A stretch of 64,000 nucleotides of DNA from a virus, in the IMG/VR virus record IMGVR_UViG_3300042888_002402; one strand, written 5' to 3'. The position numbers and the translations under genes are program-made. The notes below the pieces were generated by a model. The model was not told the DNA's origin. It saw nothing but the letters and a program-made list of their open reading frames with translations, and did not search any database. Shown here piece by piece: positions 38,008 to 47,849 of the stretch; the first letter of the stretch is position 1; each line of letters starts with the position of its first letter.

Positions 38008-39763
38008 GATCAATGTCCGTGTTGTAGCTAGTAAAGCCGTTTTCTTTGATAACTTTGAGAATGTTCTCCACACGTCCGGCCAGTTCATCGCGATGTGAAA
38101 CAAGCCAGATTGACTTGTGGCGTTCACGACTCATTTTCTTCAGCAAAGCCAGTGCATTCTCTACACCTTGTGTGTCTAAACCGCTGTCGATCATTTCATC
38201 AACAAACAACAAATTGATAGGCTGGTATAAACTTTCCCAGACATCACGGAATGCCCAGCTCATACTCAATATCAATCTGTTGCGTTCGCCACGCGATAAA
38301 TTATCAAAATCTAATTCACGCCCTAGTTCTTCAATGCTGACTGTTAAATCGTTTTGGAATAACACTGTGTGCGGTAATCCAATACGATCTAGATAGTGTG
38401 TGAGCCTTATATTAAGATAACTTAAATTTTGCTCAATGATTTTTTTGCGAATAAAACTGTCTTTGCTGGTCAATAGTTTAAGCAAGAAATCTTGATGCTC
38501 TTGCAATCTTGTGAGTTCATTGAGTGTTTCATAATCAACTGTTTGCAGTGCCTGTCCTTGCATATCTTCAATTTGCTCACCGTATGGATCTACTTCTGCT
38601 GACTTGTCTGCAATTTGTTTTTGTAGATTTTCTAGTGTGGCACGGTGCTGAATGGCATCCTCTTCTTTGTCATAGAACATTTTAGGAGGCTTGCCTAACA
38701 CACCTAATCCTTTGTGTGTGGCTTCCAGCTGCATGAGATCATGTGTGTACATTTCGGCATTGGCATGAGCTGTGGCCAGATCTTGTTGTTTACTGGCCAG
38801 TACTTCTTCATGTTTTTCGTCATGCAGATCTTGCCCGCAGGCATGACAAGTATGTTTTTCCAATGCAGCTACGTCTTTGACTATCTTGGCAATTGTTTTT
38901 TCTTCTCGACCTAAATCAAGTTTAATTCGACTGATAGAGCCGGCTAGGTCATTGATATCTTTGCGTTTTTGATCCCAAAGTTTGTGATCCTTGTGCGCTT
39001 GTATTTCAACATCAATATCAATTTCTTTTAACGCAGTTAGTGCGTTGGTAAGATTGTTAATATCTTCTGTGTGTTTGTTAGACCATAAAGTCTGGCGGCG
39101 TTTTATGGCTTCAATTTGTTCTTCGATTCTTTTGTTAGCTTCGGTAACTGCACGAATTCTAAATTCTTCTTGAGTTATTGCATCTTTAGTTTCTCGATTA
39201 AGTTCTTTAATCCTGTCAGCTCGCTCGCTGAGCATGGTAATGCCTAACAACTGTTCAATGATGGTGCGCTGGTCGTTGGCCTTTAGACTCAGGAACGGTT
39301 CTGTGTAAGTGTTAAGTGCCAGGATATGTTTGAACATATCGTGACTTAGACCTAGAGTTTGTTCAATGGCATCCTGTGTTTCTCTGCTGTCGCCCTGTGC
39401 TTCGTCAGTGACCATTTGCTCTTGATTGTTCACAAAGAATCTTAACACATTGGGTTTGCGACCTCGTTCAATTTTATAATCTCGGCCATTGCAAACAAAG
39501 TCTAAACTGACCAACATGTTCTTCCCATTGGTTTTGTTTACTAAATTATCTTTGCGAATGTTTGAAAGAGCATTGCCATACAATGCATAACTTAAAGCAT
39601 TGATGATAGTGGTCTTACCTGTGCCGTTACGGCTTCCATCTCCGCCTAGATCTAGATTTTCGCCTAGCACCAGTGTGAGATCACTACGATCAAAGTCAAT
39701 GGCCTGTGTGGCATTGCCCACACTCATGAAATTTCGGACAGTAAGATTTTTAATGTGTATCAA
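38000..39763 (-). CDS. gp46: Recombination endonuclease subunit, SbcC/Rad50-like ATPase
   Basis: Walker A NGTGKT, zinc hook CHAC, signature LSRGE, Walker B LLFVDE. Confidence 0.95.
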   Translation of the reverse strand: MIHIKNLTVRNFMSVGNATQAIDFDRSDLTLVLGENLDLGGDGSRNGTGKTTIINALSYALYGNALSNIRKDNLVNKTNGKNMLVSLDFVCNGRDYKIERGRKPNVLRFFVNNQEQMVTDEAQGDSRETQDAIEQTLGLSHDMFKHILALNTYTEPFLSLKANDQRTIIEQLLGITMLSERADRIKELNRETKDAITQEEFRIRAVTEANKRIEEQIEAIKRRQTLWSNKHTEDINNLTNALTALKEIDIDVEIQAHKDHKLWDQKRKDINDLAGSISRIKLDLGREEKTIAKIVKDVAALEKHTCHACGQDLHDEKHEEVLASKQQDLATAHANAEMYTHDLMQLEATHKGLGVLGKPPKMFYDKEEDAIQHRATLENLQKQIADKSAEVDPYGEQIEDMQGQALQTVDYETLNELTRLQEHQDFLLKLLTSKDSFIRKKIIEQNLSYLNIRLTHYLDRIGLPHTVLFQNDLTVSIEELGRELDFDNLSRGERNRLILSMSWAFRDVWESLYQPINLLFVDEMIDSGLDTQGVENALALLKKMSRERHKSIWLVSHRDELAGRVENILKVIKENGFTSYNTDIDLA

Positions 39764-40902
39764 ATGGTGTCTAGCCTATGGTTTAAAATAGTATTTGAAA
39801 ATTCTTGAACATAAAACCTGTGGTTAAATTCAACTGTATCCTGTACACTATACATTAAATCTTTCAACTGGTCAATTGATAGTGCGCCAATTTCCTTGAC
39901 AATTTTTATCACTGCTCGTATGCGATGGTTCGGATCTTGAATTAAATCATAGTCTTCGTTCCATAGATGATCAAAAGTTTTAAATCCTAATTTTTTTATT
40001 TGAGCTAAAGATCCAGGTGCACCTAAAATTACAAAAGGTCTTTTATACAAGATTGCTCGAAATGTTTTTTCTGTTAGATACGGATACGGGTATTGTAATA
40101 CAGTCTCAACCGACACGTATAAAAATGCCTGCTGAACCGACGGAATATCCCACCGATTTATATTTGGTGCACCGGTGATTGTTGTATCTTTCCAATTGTT
40201 GGAAAAAAACCAATGGTGTCGATTAAAAACGTCTTGCCCAGCAACATCTATGCCAAATCGATCATTAATGTTAGTAAACGGAGTCGTTGTTACAAATATC
40301 AAATCAGTTGGCAGGTTTGTAGTGTCGCTGCTAATCTTTGTTGTGTTTGAAAGTGTGGCCAGGGCGGAATTAAAATGCCAGGACAGAATACCACAGTCTA
40401 GCAACTGGTGTTCTCGAAGATAGCACAAAAACATGACCCGATGCAATCGTTTGGCACCATTTAAACAGATGTAGGATTTAACAATTTTGTCAACATTGAT
40501 ATCAATTGATTGAGGATTTGGATCAGTTTGTTTCAGTAAATAGTTATTTTCAAATATTTGCATGCCAAACTCGTCGGTTACTCCTTGATTTATTTCGCTT
40601 GAAATACCATAGTGATTGGTCAGCAACAGGCAAAAGCACACAGATATGTCCAAATGATTTAAACAGGTCATGAGATTGCTGATAATAAATCCATCTCCGC
40701 TGCTTCCATAGTAAAAGTCTGTGTCATAATGATAAATTAAAATTCGATCATTTGGATCATAATGATCTTTATATGCCAAAGACAAACTCTGGTACAATCG
40801 GCCAGGATCATTTGCTAAATTATGTAAATTAATTTCGGCTATAATGTTATATTTTGCTTGTAGCCTAGCATAAACCATTGGCCATAGAGGATATGTCAGC
40901 AT
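39760..40902 (-). CDS. Putative GT-B glycosyltransferase-like protein
   Basis: CLNGAKRLHR and VSVET..LTEKTFRAI..PFVILG..GFKTF resemble the GT10-like nucleotide-sugar-binding domain. Confidence 0.5.
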   Translation of the reverse strand: MLTYPLWPMVYARLQAKYNIIAEINLHNLANDPGRLYQSLSLAYKDHYDPNDRILIYHYDTDFYYGSSGDGFIISNLMTCLNHLDISVCFCLLLTNHYGISSEINQGVTDEFGMQIFENNYLLKQTDPNPQSIDINVDKIVKSYICLNGAKRLHRVMFLCYLREHQLLDCGILSWHFNSALATLSNTTKISSDTTNLPTDLIFVTTTPFTNINDRFGIDVAGQDVFNRHHWFFSNNWKDTTITGAPNINRWDIPSVQQAFLYVSVETVLQYPYPYLTEKTFRAILYKRPFVILGAPGSLAQIKKLGFKTFDHLWNEDYDLIQDPNHRIRAVIKIVKEIGALSIDQLKDLMYSVQDTVEFNHRFYVQEFSNTILNHRLDTI

Positions 40903-40929
40903 AGTAGCTTTGATTTTTTTAATGGCATT

Positions 40930-41943
40930 TCATAAATTCTGATAGATTTGCAGCAATAACTTTGAATCAAAGAATTCAGATTCAATATTGGTCAGTTGGT
41001 CTGTGACAATTTGATCTACACTTTCAAATTTGATTTCGCCAGGCGACATGTCTGTGTCTACTGCTGAATTCTTAACAGGAATCAGTGCCATTTCACGCAG
41101 ATTATAATCCTTGACAAACGTATCTTTGATAAAGTTTGCTTCCTCGTAGCTGATGTCAATGTCTAATTCTACACGAATATGCATATTTGGTGCTAGCAGT
41201 GTCGGGGCACTGTCGATTACTTGACTAAGTTTGAGCACACGATATAATGGTTGTCCTGGCCAAGCATGATATTCCGGCTCATCTCCCCAGTTCAATATCA
41301 TCATTCCGCGATCTGCATCTCCGGCATCTGCATAATTATGAGGAAAGCAATTGCCAATGTAATGTATATTTTTACGTTGTTGTCTAAGATGAAAGTGCCC
41401 ACTAAAGACTCGATCTACACCACCAAAATCTTCTGCCGATATTTCTCCATGGTCTGGCATCTCTACCATGGCATTCATTTTGAAATGTGGCAGTTCAAAA
41501 TGTCCAAACACATATTTGGATGTTAATTTGGGCACACGCTTGTGATCATCTCCAACTAGCCAAGGAGCAATAGTTACATCACCATCAGTGAACCAGTCGT
41601 TTACAATTTGAATGTTGGGCAGGTGTCGAGCCCATTCAGTGCTGTAGATATCACGTCGGTCACGATAGTACAAGTCATGATTGCCAGGAATAAAATAAAA
41701 GCGATCAAATGCCGCCGAAAGCTTTTCTAAACTACGCAAACTGTATTGCAAGGTCTGCATGTTTATGCTGGCACGATGATGACTCCAATCACCCAGGAAC
41801 ATGCCAGTCTCACAACCATTTTTTTTGGCAGTGGCAATAAACCAATCAACAAAATTGCTGCAGTCTTGATTGTGAACAAGACTGTTTGATTTCAGCCCAA
41901 AATGTATATCTGTGCAAACTGCAACTTTTTTAAATAGACTCAT
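40930..41943 (-). CDS. gp47: Recombination endonuclease subunit, SbcD/Mre11-like
   Basis: Metallophosphoesterase motifs TDIHFG, LGD, GNHD, GHFE and SGHFH. Confidence 0.95.
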   Translation of the reverse strand: MSLFKKVAVCTDIHFGLKSNSLVHNQDCSNFVDWFIATAKKNGCETGMFLGDWSHHRASINMQTLQYSLRSLEKLSAAFDRFYFIPGNHDLYYRDRRDIYSTEWARHLPNIQIVNDWFTDGDVTIAPWLVGDDHKRVPKLTSKYVFGHFELPHFKMNAMVEMPDHGEISAEDFGGVDRVFSGHFHLRQQRKNIHYIGNCFPHNYADAGDADRGMMILNWGDEPEYHAWPGQPLYRVLKLSQVIDSAPTLLAPNMHIRVELDIDISYEEANFIKDTFVKDYNLREMALIPVKNSAVDTDMSPGEIKFESVDQIVTDQLTNIESEFFDSKLLLQIYQNL

Positions 41944-41950
41944 TGAGTAA

Positions 41951-42853
41951 TTATACTACATCATCTAGACTGGAGTAAACCGGACCGGACAACGCCATCA
42001 TTGAATGTTTGCCAGTGTTTTGTCGCGTCCATGACGGATTGAGACCATTCATTTCTAATATGTCGTCTCTGATATTTTGATTTTTCTTTTCTAAATTCAA
42101 GATACGAGTAAAGCTATTAGTGATAGCGGCAGTATAATACGCAAAAGGGTTCTGCGATTTTGATTCATCGAACTGAAGTCCGATTTGACTGAGCTGCAAC
42201 AGGGCTTGTCCGCGCATTTCTTCATTGTAGGTGTATCCTCTCCAATTTGATCGTGTGGCATAACGCTCACATAACTTCATAAACATAGTAGCCAACTTGC
42301 GAGTCATTTCGCCATGATCTCTGCTGAACTCGCCGTTGACTAAATCGCCTTTCCAATGGCTTTTGCCCACAAGATAAGGAACTTTATTTTCATCTAAGCG
42401 ATAGTGATAAAATGGAGGAAAGTTTAATCTAACATGTTTGGGATCCAACACAGGAATTTCCACCAGTTCTGCCAATGGATCTTCCTCCTCCATTTCCAGT
42501 TCAAAAATATCTTGAAGCTTTTGTTTTTTGGCCTCAGCTTTGGTAATCTTTTTAGGCGCCATTGGAATATGCTCCCAACAGGTTATCCTAAACACAAGAT
42601 CAGTGTTGGCAATCTTTTTAGGATCTACAATTATACCTTCACGTTTGAGCCGGTCTGCACGATTGCGCCGCGCCTCGGCCACAGTTTTTTGATTGATTTT
42701 GTTAACTGCTGGTAAAATAATATCGTATTGGTGATCCAATTTGGGATCACGGAATGTGCAATATGTATTTTTACTTGAATGTATTTCTTTAAGAATATCT
42801 CTGTTGTTGAGATAGTTGACTTTGGCTGGGGTTCTAGCTATAGTTTCTGCCAC
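41951..42853 (-). CDS. gp55: Sigma factor for late transcription
   Basis: NYLNNRDIL, SNWRGYTYNEEM and NPFAYYTAAITNSF motifs. GTG start after AGGAG. Adjacent to gp47/gp46 as in T4. Confidence 0.9.
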   Translation of the reverse strand: MAETIARTPAKVNYLNNRDILKEIHSSKNTYCTFRDPKLDHQYDIILPAVNKINQKTVAEARRNRADRLKREGIIVDPKKIANTDLVFRITCWEHIPMAPKKITKAEAKKQKLQDIFELEMEEEDPLAELVEIPVLDPKHVRLNFPPFYHYRLDENKVPYLVGKSHWKGDLVNGEFSRDHGEMTRKLATMFMKLCERYATRSNWRGYTYNEEMRGQALLQLSQIGLQFDESKSQNPFAYYTAAITNSFTRILNLEKKNQNIRDDILEMNGLNPSWTRQNTGKHSMMALSGPVYSSLDDVV

Positions 42854-42872
42854 TGATGTTCTCCTGAATATA

Positions 42873-42905
42873 TATTTATTGTAGCACAAACACAACAGTT
42901 GTCAA
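42873..42905 (-). promoter_or_regulatory. Overlapping sigma70 and late promoters for gp55
   Basis: TTGACA-N16-TACAAT with extended TG, running directly into TAAATA. Confidence 0.7.
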
Positions 42906-42962
42906 CCTTAATCATTATATTTGCCGATTATTTTACTGGTAAATACTGGACAGAGAACAAAC

Positions 42963-44402
42963 ATGGCCGGACTAACACCAGAAGAACAAGCATTTTATAT
43001 AGAGGACCTTGCACGAGTAACTGAGTCTATTGCTTTTCTGCAACAAAGGATTGCAGAAAATCAAACGGCTATCAACGAAGCACAGGTTCAAATCAATGCG
43101 GCCCAACAGACTATTGCAATTGATCAAGCTAACTTAAATAATCCAGATGTTGATCCTGCCTTCTTGCCGGATATTCGTGAAAACATCGTTGAAGCACAAG
43201 CAAGTATCAATCAAAATCAAATTGTTATTCAACAATCAACCAACACTATTGCAGTAGACCAAAATCAACTTGGTGAACTGGAATTATTTCAGGAACGAGA
43301 TCAAGAAGCATTAACAGGAACTGCATCACCTAGTCCGGTTTCTACCACTGTAAATGTCCAATCAGTGACCACGGCAGTGGGGGTACCGGTCAGTCAAATA
43401 GCTCAATCTGCTGGTGCAGTACCAAACAACATTGCCAGGCCAGCAGCATACAACAGCAATGGACAGTTAAATCCAGGCTATGTATTGGATGAAAACAACA
43501 ATCCTGTGTTTGTGGGTGTCAACACCGCGGCCACACCTGTGTCAACTTCGCAGCTGTCAGCGGCACAACAACAGGCCACACTTAGACTGGCTCAACAACA
43601 ACAGACTATTGCTGCCCAACAACGCACAGTAAACTATGGAGATTGGCGAGTCAAGCTAAGTCTGGCGCCCAATGCCAAATATTTGTACAATTCTAGCAAT
43701 CCTGGGATACTGCAACCATTGTCCAGCAACAAAGGCACAGGCGGTGTTATATTTCCCTACACTCCGTCAATAGATACTGCGTATCGAGCCAACTATAGCA
43801 ACTATGATTTAACACATTCGAACTATCGAGGATATTTTTATCAAAACAGCTATGTGGATGCAGTAAGCATGCGAGCTACGTTTACTGCTCAGAACACCAA
43901 TGAAGCAAACTATCTGCTGGCAGTAATACATTTTTTCCGTTCAGTGACAAAAATGTTTTACGGGGCCAATGACAGTCTACGAGGATCACCGCCACCATTG
44001 GTATTTTTAACCGGACTAGGGTCTTATCAGTTTGCACAACATCCCTGTGTGGTAAGTAGTTTTGCTTATAATTTACCATCAGATGTAGACTATATCCGGG
44101 CACTGAGCAACAGCAATCTTGGAACCAATCAACAAAATCAACAAATAAATCAAAGCACAATTCCCACAAACGGGTCAACCAGCAGCGATAGATTGGCCAA
44201 TAATGGGCTACCAGCTGGTGCCACTGCCACACCAAATCCTGCGCCAAACACTGCAGATTTATTAAACTCACCTACCTATGTGCCAACTAAATTAGAAATG
44301 ACAATAACTTTACTGCCTATACAAAGTCGTCAACAAGTAAGTCAAAATTTTAACATGCAAGATTTTGCCAGTGGATCATTGTTAAATGGAGGATACTGGT
44401 AA
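42963..44402 (+). CDS. Baseplate/tail-tube initiator (gp48/gp54-like) with N-terminal coiled coil
   Basis: VIFPYTP..THSNY..FTAQ..HFFRSVTKMFYG..PPPLVFL motifs. Start ATG 42963 after TAAATA at 42940-42945. Confidence 0.6.
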   Translation: MAGLTPEEQAFYIEDLARVTESIAFLQQRIAENQTAINEAQVQINAAQQTIAIDQANLNNPDVDPAFLPDIRENIVEAQASINQNQIVIQQSTNTIAVDQNQLGELELFQERDQEALTGTASPSPVSTTVNVQSVTTAVGVPVSQIAQSAGAVPNNIARPAAYNSNGQLNPGYVLDENNNPVFVGVNTAATPVSTSQLSAAQQQATLRLAQQQQTIAAQQRTVNYGDWRVKLSLAPNAKYLYNSSNPGILQPLSSNKGTGGVIFPYTPSIDTAYRANYSNYDLTHSNYRGYFYQNSYVDAVSMRATFTAQNTNEANYLLAVIHFFRSVTKMFYGANDSLRGSPPPLVFLTGLGSYQFAQHPCVVSSFAYNLPSDVDYIRALSNSNLGTNQQNQQINQSTIPTNGSTSSDRLANNGLPAGATATPNPAPNTADLLNSPTYVPTKLEMTITLLPIQSRQQVSQNFNMQDFASGSLLNGGYW

Positions 44403-44701
44403 TGGCTTCATACGATTCAACTAGTCCTTATTATCTCACTGGGTATAGTCAGTTTTTCTTAGATACTATGATCAATCGTCCCATACCCAAACAACCAGAT
44501 GATATATTGTTCAAACTAAATTTGACTTATCAATACCGACCAGATTTACTAGCATTTGATTTGTACAAAGATTCACGATTGTGGTGGGTGTTTTATCAAA
44601 GAAACCCCAATACATTACAGGCGCCACCATTGGATTTTGCCGCTGGTGTTGCTATATATTTGCCAAAACTTGCTACACTAAAGTCAGCATTGGGATTCTA
44701 A
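44402..44701 (+). CDS. gp53: Baseplate wedge subunit (LysM-like)
   Basis: YRPDLLAFDLY..LWWVF..NP motif. Confidence 0.85.
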   Translation: MASYDSTSPYYLTGYSQFFLDTMINRPIPKQPDDILFKLNLTYQYRPDLLAFDLYKDSRLWWVFYQRNPNTLQAPPLDFAAGVAIYLPKLATLKSALGF

Positions 44702-44702
44702 C

Positions 44703-46154
44703 ATGTCGCAACCACCTATCGCCAGTTCTGGAGTTATAGCAAGTGTTCAGCAGACTGCCAAAGATGACGGTGCTTTAAATCAAGACCCCAATCAACCTGG
44801 TACTGTGCTGACATTAGACGGCAGAATTATACCAGCTGGAACTCCTACTGCTACTCCTGCTGCTTCAAATACCACGGTGGTCAATGGGCAAACAATATCA
44901 GCCACTGATGAAGCAGGAACAAATGCTCCTTTAAAATCTATAACCCAGACGCAGGCTACTCCTCCGTACAACCCTAATTTGACTGCTCCAGTTGGTACAC
45001 TGGGCAGTGGAACATTTGGCATTTTAAATCAAGACGGTAGTCAAGCAGGACCTAACAGTGGTGTTGGGCAATTTTTTGCTGCAGGGCAACTTCCTGGAGC
45101 AGGGTCTGGATCAGGGGTCAACAATTTGGCTAACCAAAGCGATGACAATCCGGGGGCTACCAATGCTCCTGCAGGAACACAACAGGTGTTAACACAAACA
45201 TTTGCTGGACAAATCGTCACACAACAAAATCAATTGGATCGATATGCCAGTTATACCTATGCACTGTCGTGGTACTTGCTAACACCAGAACAATATAGTA
45301 TTTTTCAAACAGGATCAAAAAATTCATCGTTGTGGATGTTATTGATGCAGAGCGGCGGTGCTGCGGCTACTCCTACACAGTCTTTTGAAAATAGTGAACA
45401 AACATCTTCTAGCATGGGAGGACGTAGCCAATTTTTTCCCTATGATTTCTACATGGATGATTTAGAAATTACTACATTAGTTCCATTGGGAGGTACAGGG
45501 TTGTGTCATAGTGCCACTGATATAAAATTTAAAATTGTTGAGCCCAATGGCATTACTTTAATCAATAACTTGTACAACGCAGTAACTACGTTGTACAAAC
45601 AACCTCAGACAACCTCTACCGCAACAACAGTCAATACCAATGCTACCACGTCTATTCAAAATCCCAATTACCCAATGGCACATTACTGTATGGTCATACA
45701 TTTTTATGGATATGACCAACAAGGCAATTTGGTTGCACCTGCTACAGGTTCTTATGGCCCCAATGGCGGCCGTGCCGCAACTGATCCTACAGCAGTGATA
45801 GAAAAATATTATCCATTTATTATAACAAATTTAAAATATAGAATGGCCAATAAACAAATTGAATATGAATTAACCGGCAAGCCACAAGCACAGAATTATA
45901 ATCTTGGTACTGATCGCGGCAGTATCCCGTTTAACTTTAATCTAGCAGGAACCACAGTGGGACAATTGCTGTCAGGTACTGGAATCAGCACTCAAACCAA
46001 TACCGCAGATCCCGGTGCCAGAATAACCAACCCTACTCCGCCATCAGCAGGTGCAGGCAGAGGATTTGTCAATCCTCCATTGGTAGGTGATACCAATCCT
46101 TCCTATGTCAACAGCACCAATGGTAGCGAATCTGTTATAGGAATTGATTTTTAA
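44703..46154 (+). CDS. Baseplate hub protein (gp27-like), N-terminal half
   Basis: NQLDRYASYTY, FYMDDLEI, FKIVEPNG and IHFYGYD motifs. Lies between gp53 and gp5. Confidence 0.55.
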   Translation: MSQPPIASSGVIASVQQTAKDDGALNQDPNQPGTVLTLDGRIIPAGTPTATPAASNTTVVNGQTISATDEAGTNAPLKSITQTQATPPYNPNLTAPVGTLGSGTFGILNQDGSQAGPNSGVGQFFAAGQLPGAGSGSGVNNLANQSDDNPGATNAPAGTQQVLTQTFAGQIVTQQNQLDRYASYTYALSWYLLTPEQYSIFQTGSKNSSLWMLLMQSGGAAATPTQSFENSEQTSSSMGGRSQFFPYDFYMDDLEITTLVPLGGTGLCHSATDIKFKIVEPNGITLINNLYNAVTTLYKQPQTTSTATTVNTNATTSIQNPNYPMAHYCMVIHFYGYDQQGNLVAPATGSYGPNGGRAATDPTAVIEKYYPFIITNLKYRMANKQIEYELTGKPQAQNYNLGTDRGSIPFNFNLAGTTVGQLLSGTGISTQTNTADPGARITNPTPPSAGAGRGFVNPPLVGDTNPSYVNSTNGSESVIGIDF

Positions 46155-46169
46155 TTATTTTTAAATCCT

Positions 46170-47849
46170 ATGGTAACAAGTAATAATTTTTTTGGCAACA
46201 ACGGCGGCGGAGCAGCATTTGGTAACCCTACCATTGCTCGGCAAGGTCAAACATCTGGGGCAACTCAGATTAGCAATGCAGGAGCTGGTCGAGGATTTGT
46301 TAATCCAACTTTTGTTGATCCATCTTTGTCTCCTCCCAAGGCGCCTGCTGCACAAGCCAAAACCAATGCGGTTTATTCTAGTCTAGTTGATGCATTGAAT
46401 CAAAATCAAGCAAAGTTAGTTCGAGACCGCAAACAAGAAATTGCAGATCAGTATATTATAGAATTTGCACCACAAGACTTGGCTGCCAGTGGATTAAAAA
46501 AACCCGGCGAAGTGAATTCTGAAAACACTGCCATGCAAAACAACAACACTGCAGCCAGTGTGTTAAATCCATCAACCAACTTTATTGACTACAATAGTCA
46601 AGGTTGGCAAGTCACTGCTGGCACACAAATAGTACAACTAATTGATCAAGTCATGCGCAGTAGTACCTATATAAGCAATCAACAATCAACAGTGATAGAT
46701 GATGACGGGCAAAGTAAAGCAAATCCTTCATCTACTGCTAGCACCGCATGGTATAAAATTTCAGTGCAAGCTACACCACTGGGCTACGATCATATCAGAC
46801 ATGATTTTGCCTATCAACTAAGATATGTTATAAGTCCTTATGCCATAAATCAAGCTGCCAGTCAATATTTTCCAGACAGTAGATATCGAGGAAGTCATAA
46901 AAGCTATAACTATTGGTTCACTGGATTAAACACACAAATACTAGATTTTGCGCAAGAGTATAACAATCTTTATAGAATAGTCATAAGTGGTATTGGAGCT
47001 GATCTCAAACAAAATGTAACTAGTGATTTTAGAGATCAATTTCGTAGAACTTATATGCCTACCAGTGCAGTGCAAACCCAAGGCGGCAATCCCAACTATG
47101 TTTCAGAGCCAGGCAGCAATCTGGCAGATTTTTTATACAGCCCTACAGACCAAGCCAAATGCCGGCTTAAAATTGTAGGAGATCCTGCATGGTTGCAACA
47201 AGGAGAAGTAGGGCCTGGCATTGGATCAGTCACTCAATTTGATTTTCGTCCTTTCAATGCTGACGGTAGCATAAATTATGACAGTCAACAAGTTGTATTT
47301 GACATCAGTTGGAATAGACCTTCTGATTATAATCTCAGCACCGGTACCGTAGACATTCAAAACAACAAGTACGGCCAGCCATTGGAAAATGTAACATACA
47401 CTGCAATCAAATGCAAAAGTACATTTAATCGCGGCAGATTTGAACAAGAGATAGATGGTCGGGCTCTGATTGAATTTAACAAAAATGGACAGAGTCAAGC
47501 AGCAGCTGATGCTGAGGGTCGTAATGCTGGAGGAGGTCAAAGTTCAAGTGCATTTGCTGCAGTTGATCCACGCAGGGTTGACCTAGCAAGAACTGGAACT
47601 GGCAGCGGAGCAGGTTCCAGTGCATTTGCTGCAATTGATCCACGCAGAGTTGACCTAGGGATCAACCCCAGTCCAGACTCAACAAGTCAAGTATCACCAA
47701 GTAATCCTGCTCCGCAGCCAGCAACACCACCTACTGCACCAACCAGCAACGGCGATATAAATTCTACCAACGGCAATACTCCACTGGATCAAACAGTTGG
47801 ATACGACAACGCAGATCAAACATCACAATTCATGAATAGGGAAGCATAA
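46170..47849 (+). CDS. Baseplate hub protein (gp27-like), C-terminal half
   Basis: KSYNYWFTGLNTQILDF, LKIVGDPAWL and STFNRGRFEQ motifs. Same frame as the preceding ORF. Confidence 0.55.
   Translation: MVTSNNFFGNNGGGAAFGNPTIARQGQTSGATQISNAGAGRGFVNPTFVDPSLSPPKAPAAQAKTNAVYSSLVDALNQNQAKLVRDRKQEIADQYIIEFAPQDLAASGLKKPGEVNSENTAMQNNNTAASVLNPSTNFIDYNSQGWQVTAGTQIVQLIDQVMRSSTYISNQQSTVIDDDGQSKANPSSTASTAWYKISVQATPLGYDHIRHDFAYQLRYVISPYAINQAASQYFPDSRYRGSHKSYNYWFTGLNTQILDFAQEYNNLYRIVISGIGADLKQNVTSDFRDQFRRTYMPTSAVQTQGGNPNYVSEPGSNLADFLYSPTDQAKCRLKIVGDPAWLQQGEVGPGIGSVTQFDFRPFNADGSINYDSQQVVFDISWNRPSDYNLSTGTVDIQNNKYGQPLENVTYTAIKCKSTFNRGRFEQEIDGRALIEFNKNGQSQAAADAEGRNAGGGQSSSAFAAVDPRRVDLARTGTGSGAGSSAFAAIDPRRVDLGINPSPDSTSQVSPSNPAPQPATPPTAPTSNGDINSTNGNTPLDQTVGYDNADQTSQFMNREA

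Noticed and set aside
38008-38127. N-terminal 40 aa of the radical SAM ORF as given in the track
   Set aside because: Overlaps the conserved gp46 C-terminus. The TTG at 38007, coupled to the gp46 stop, is more plausible.
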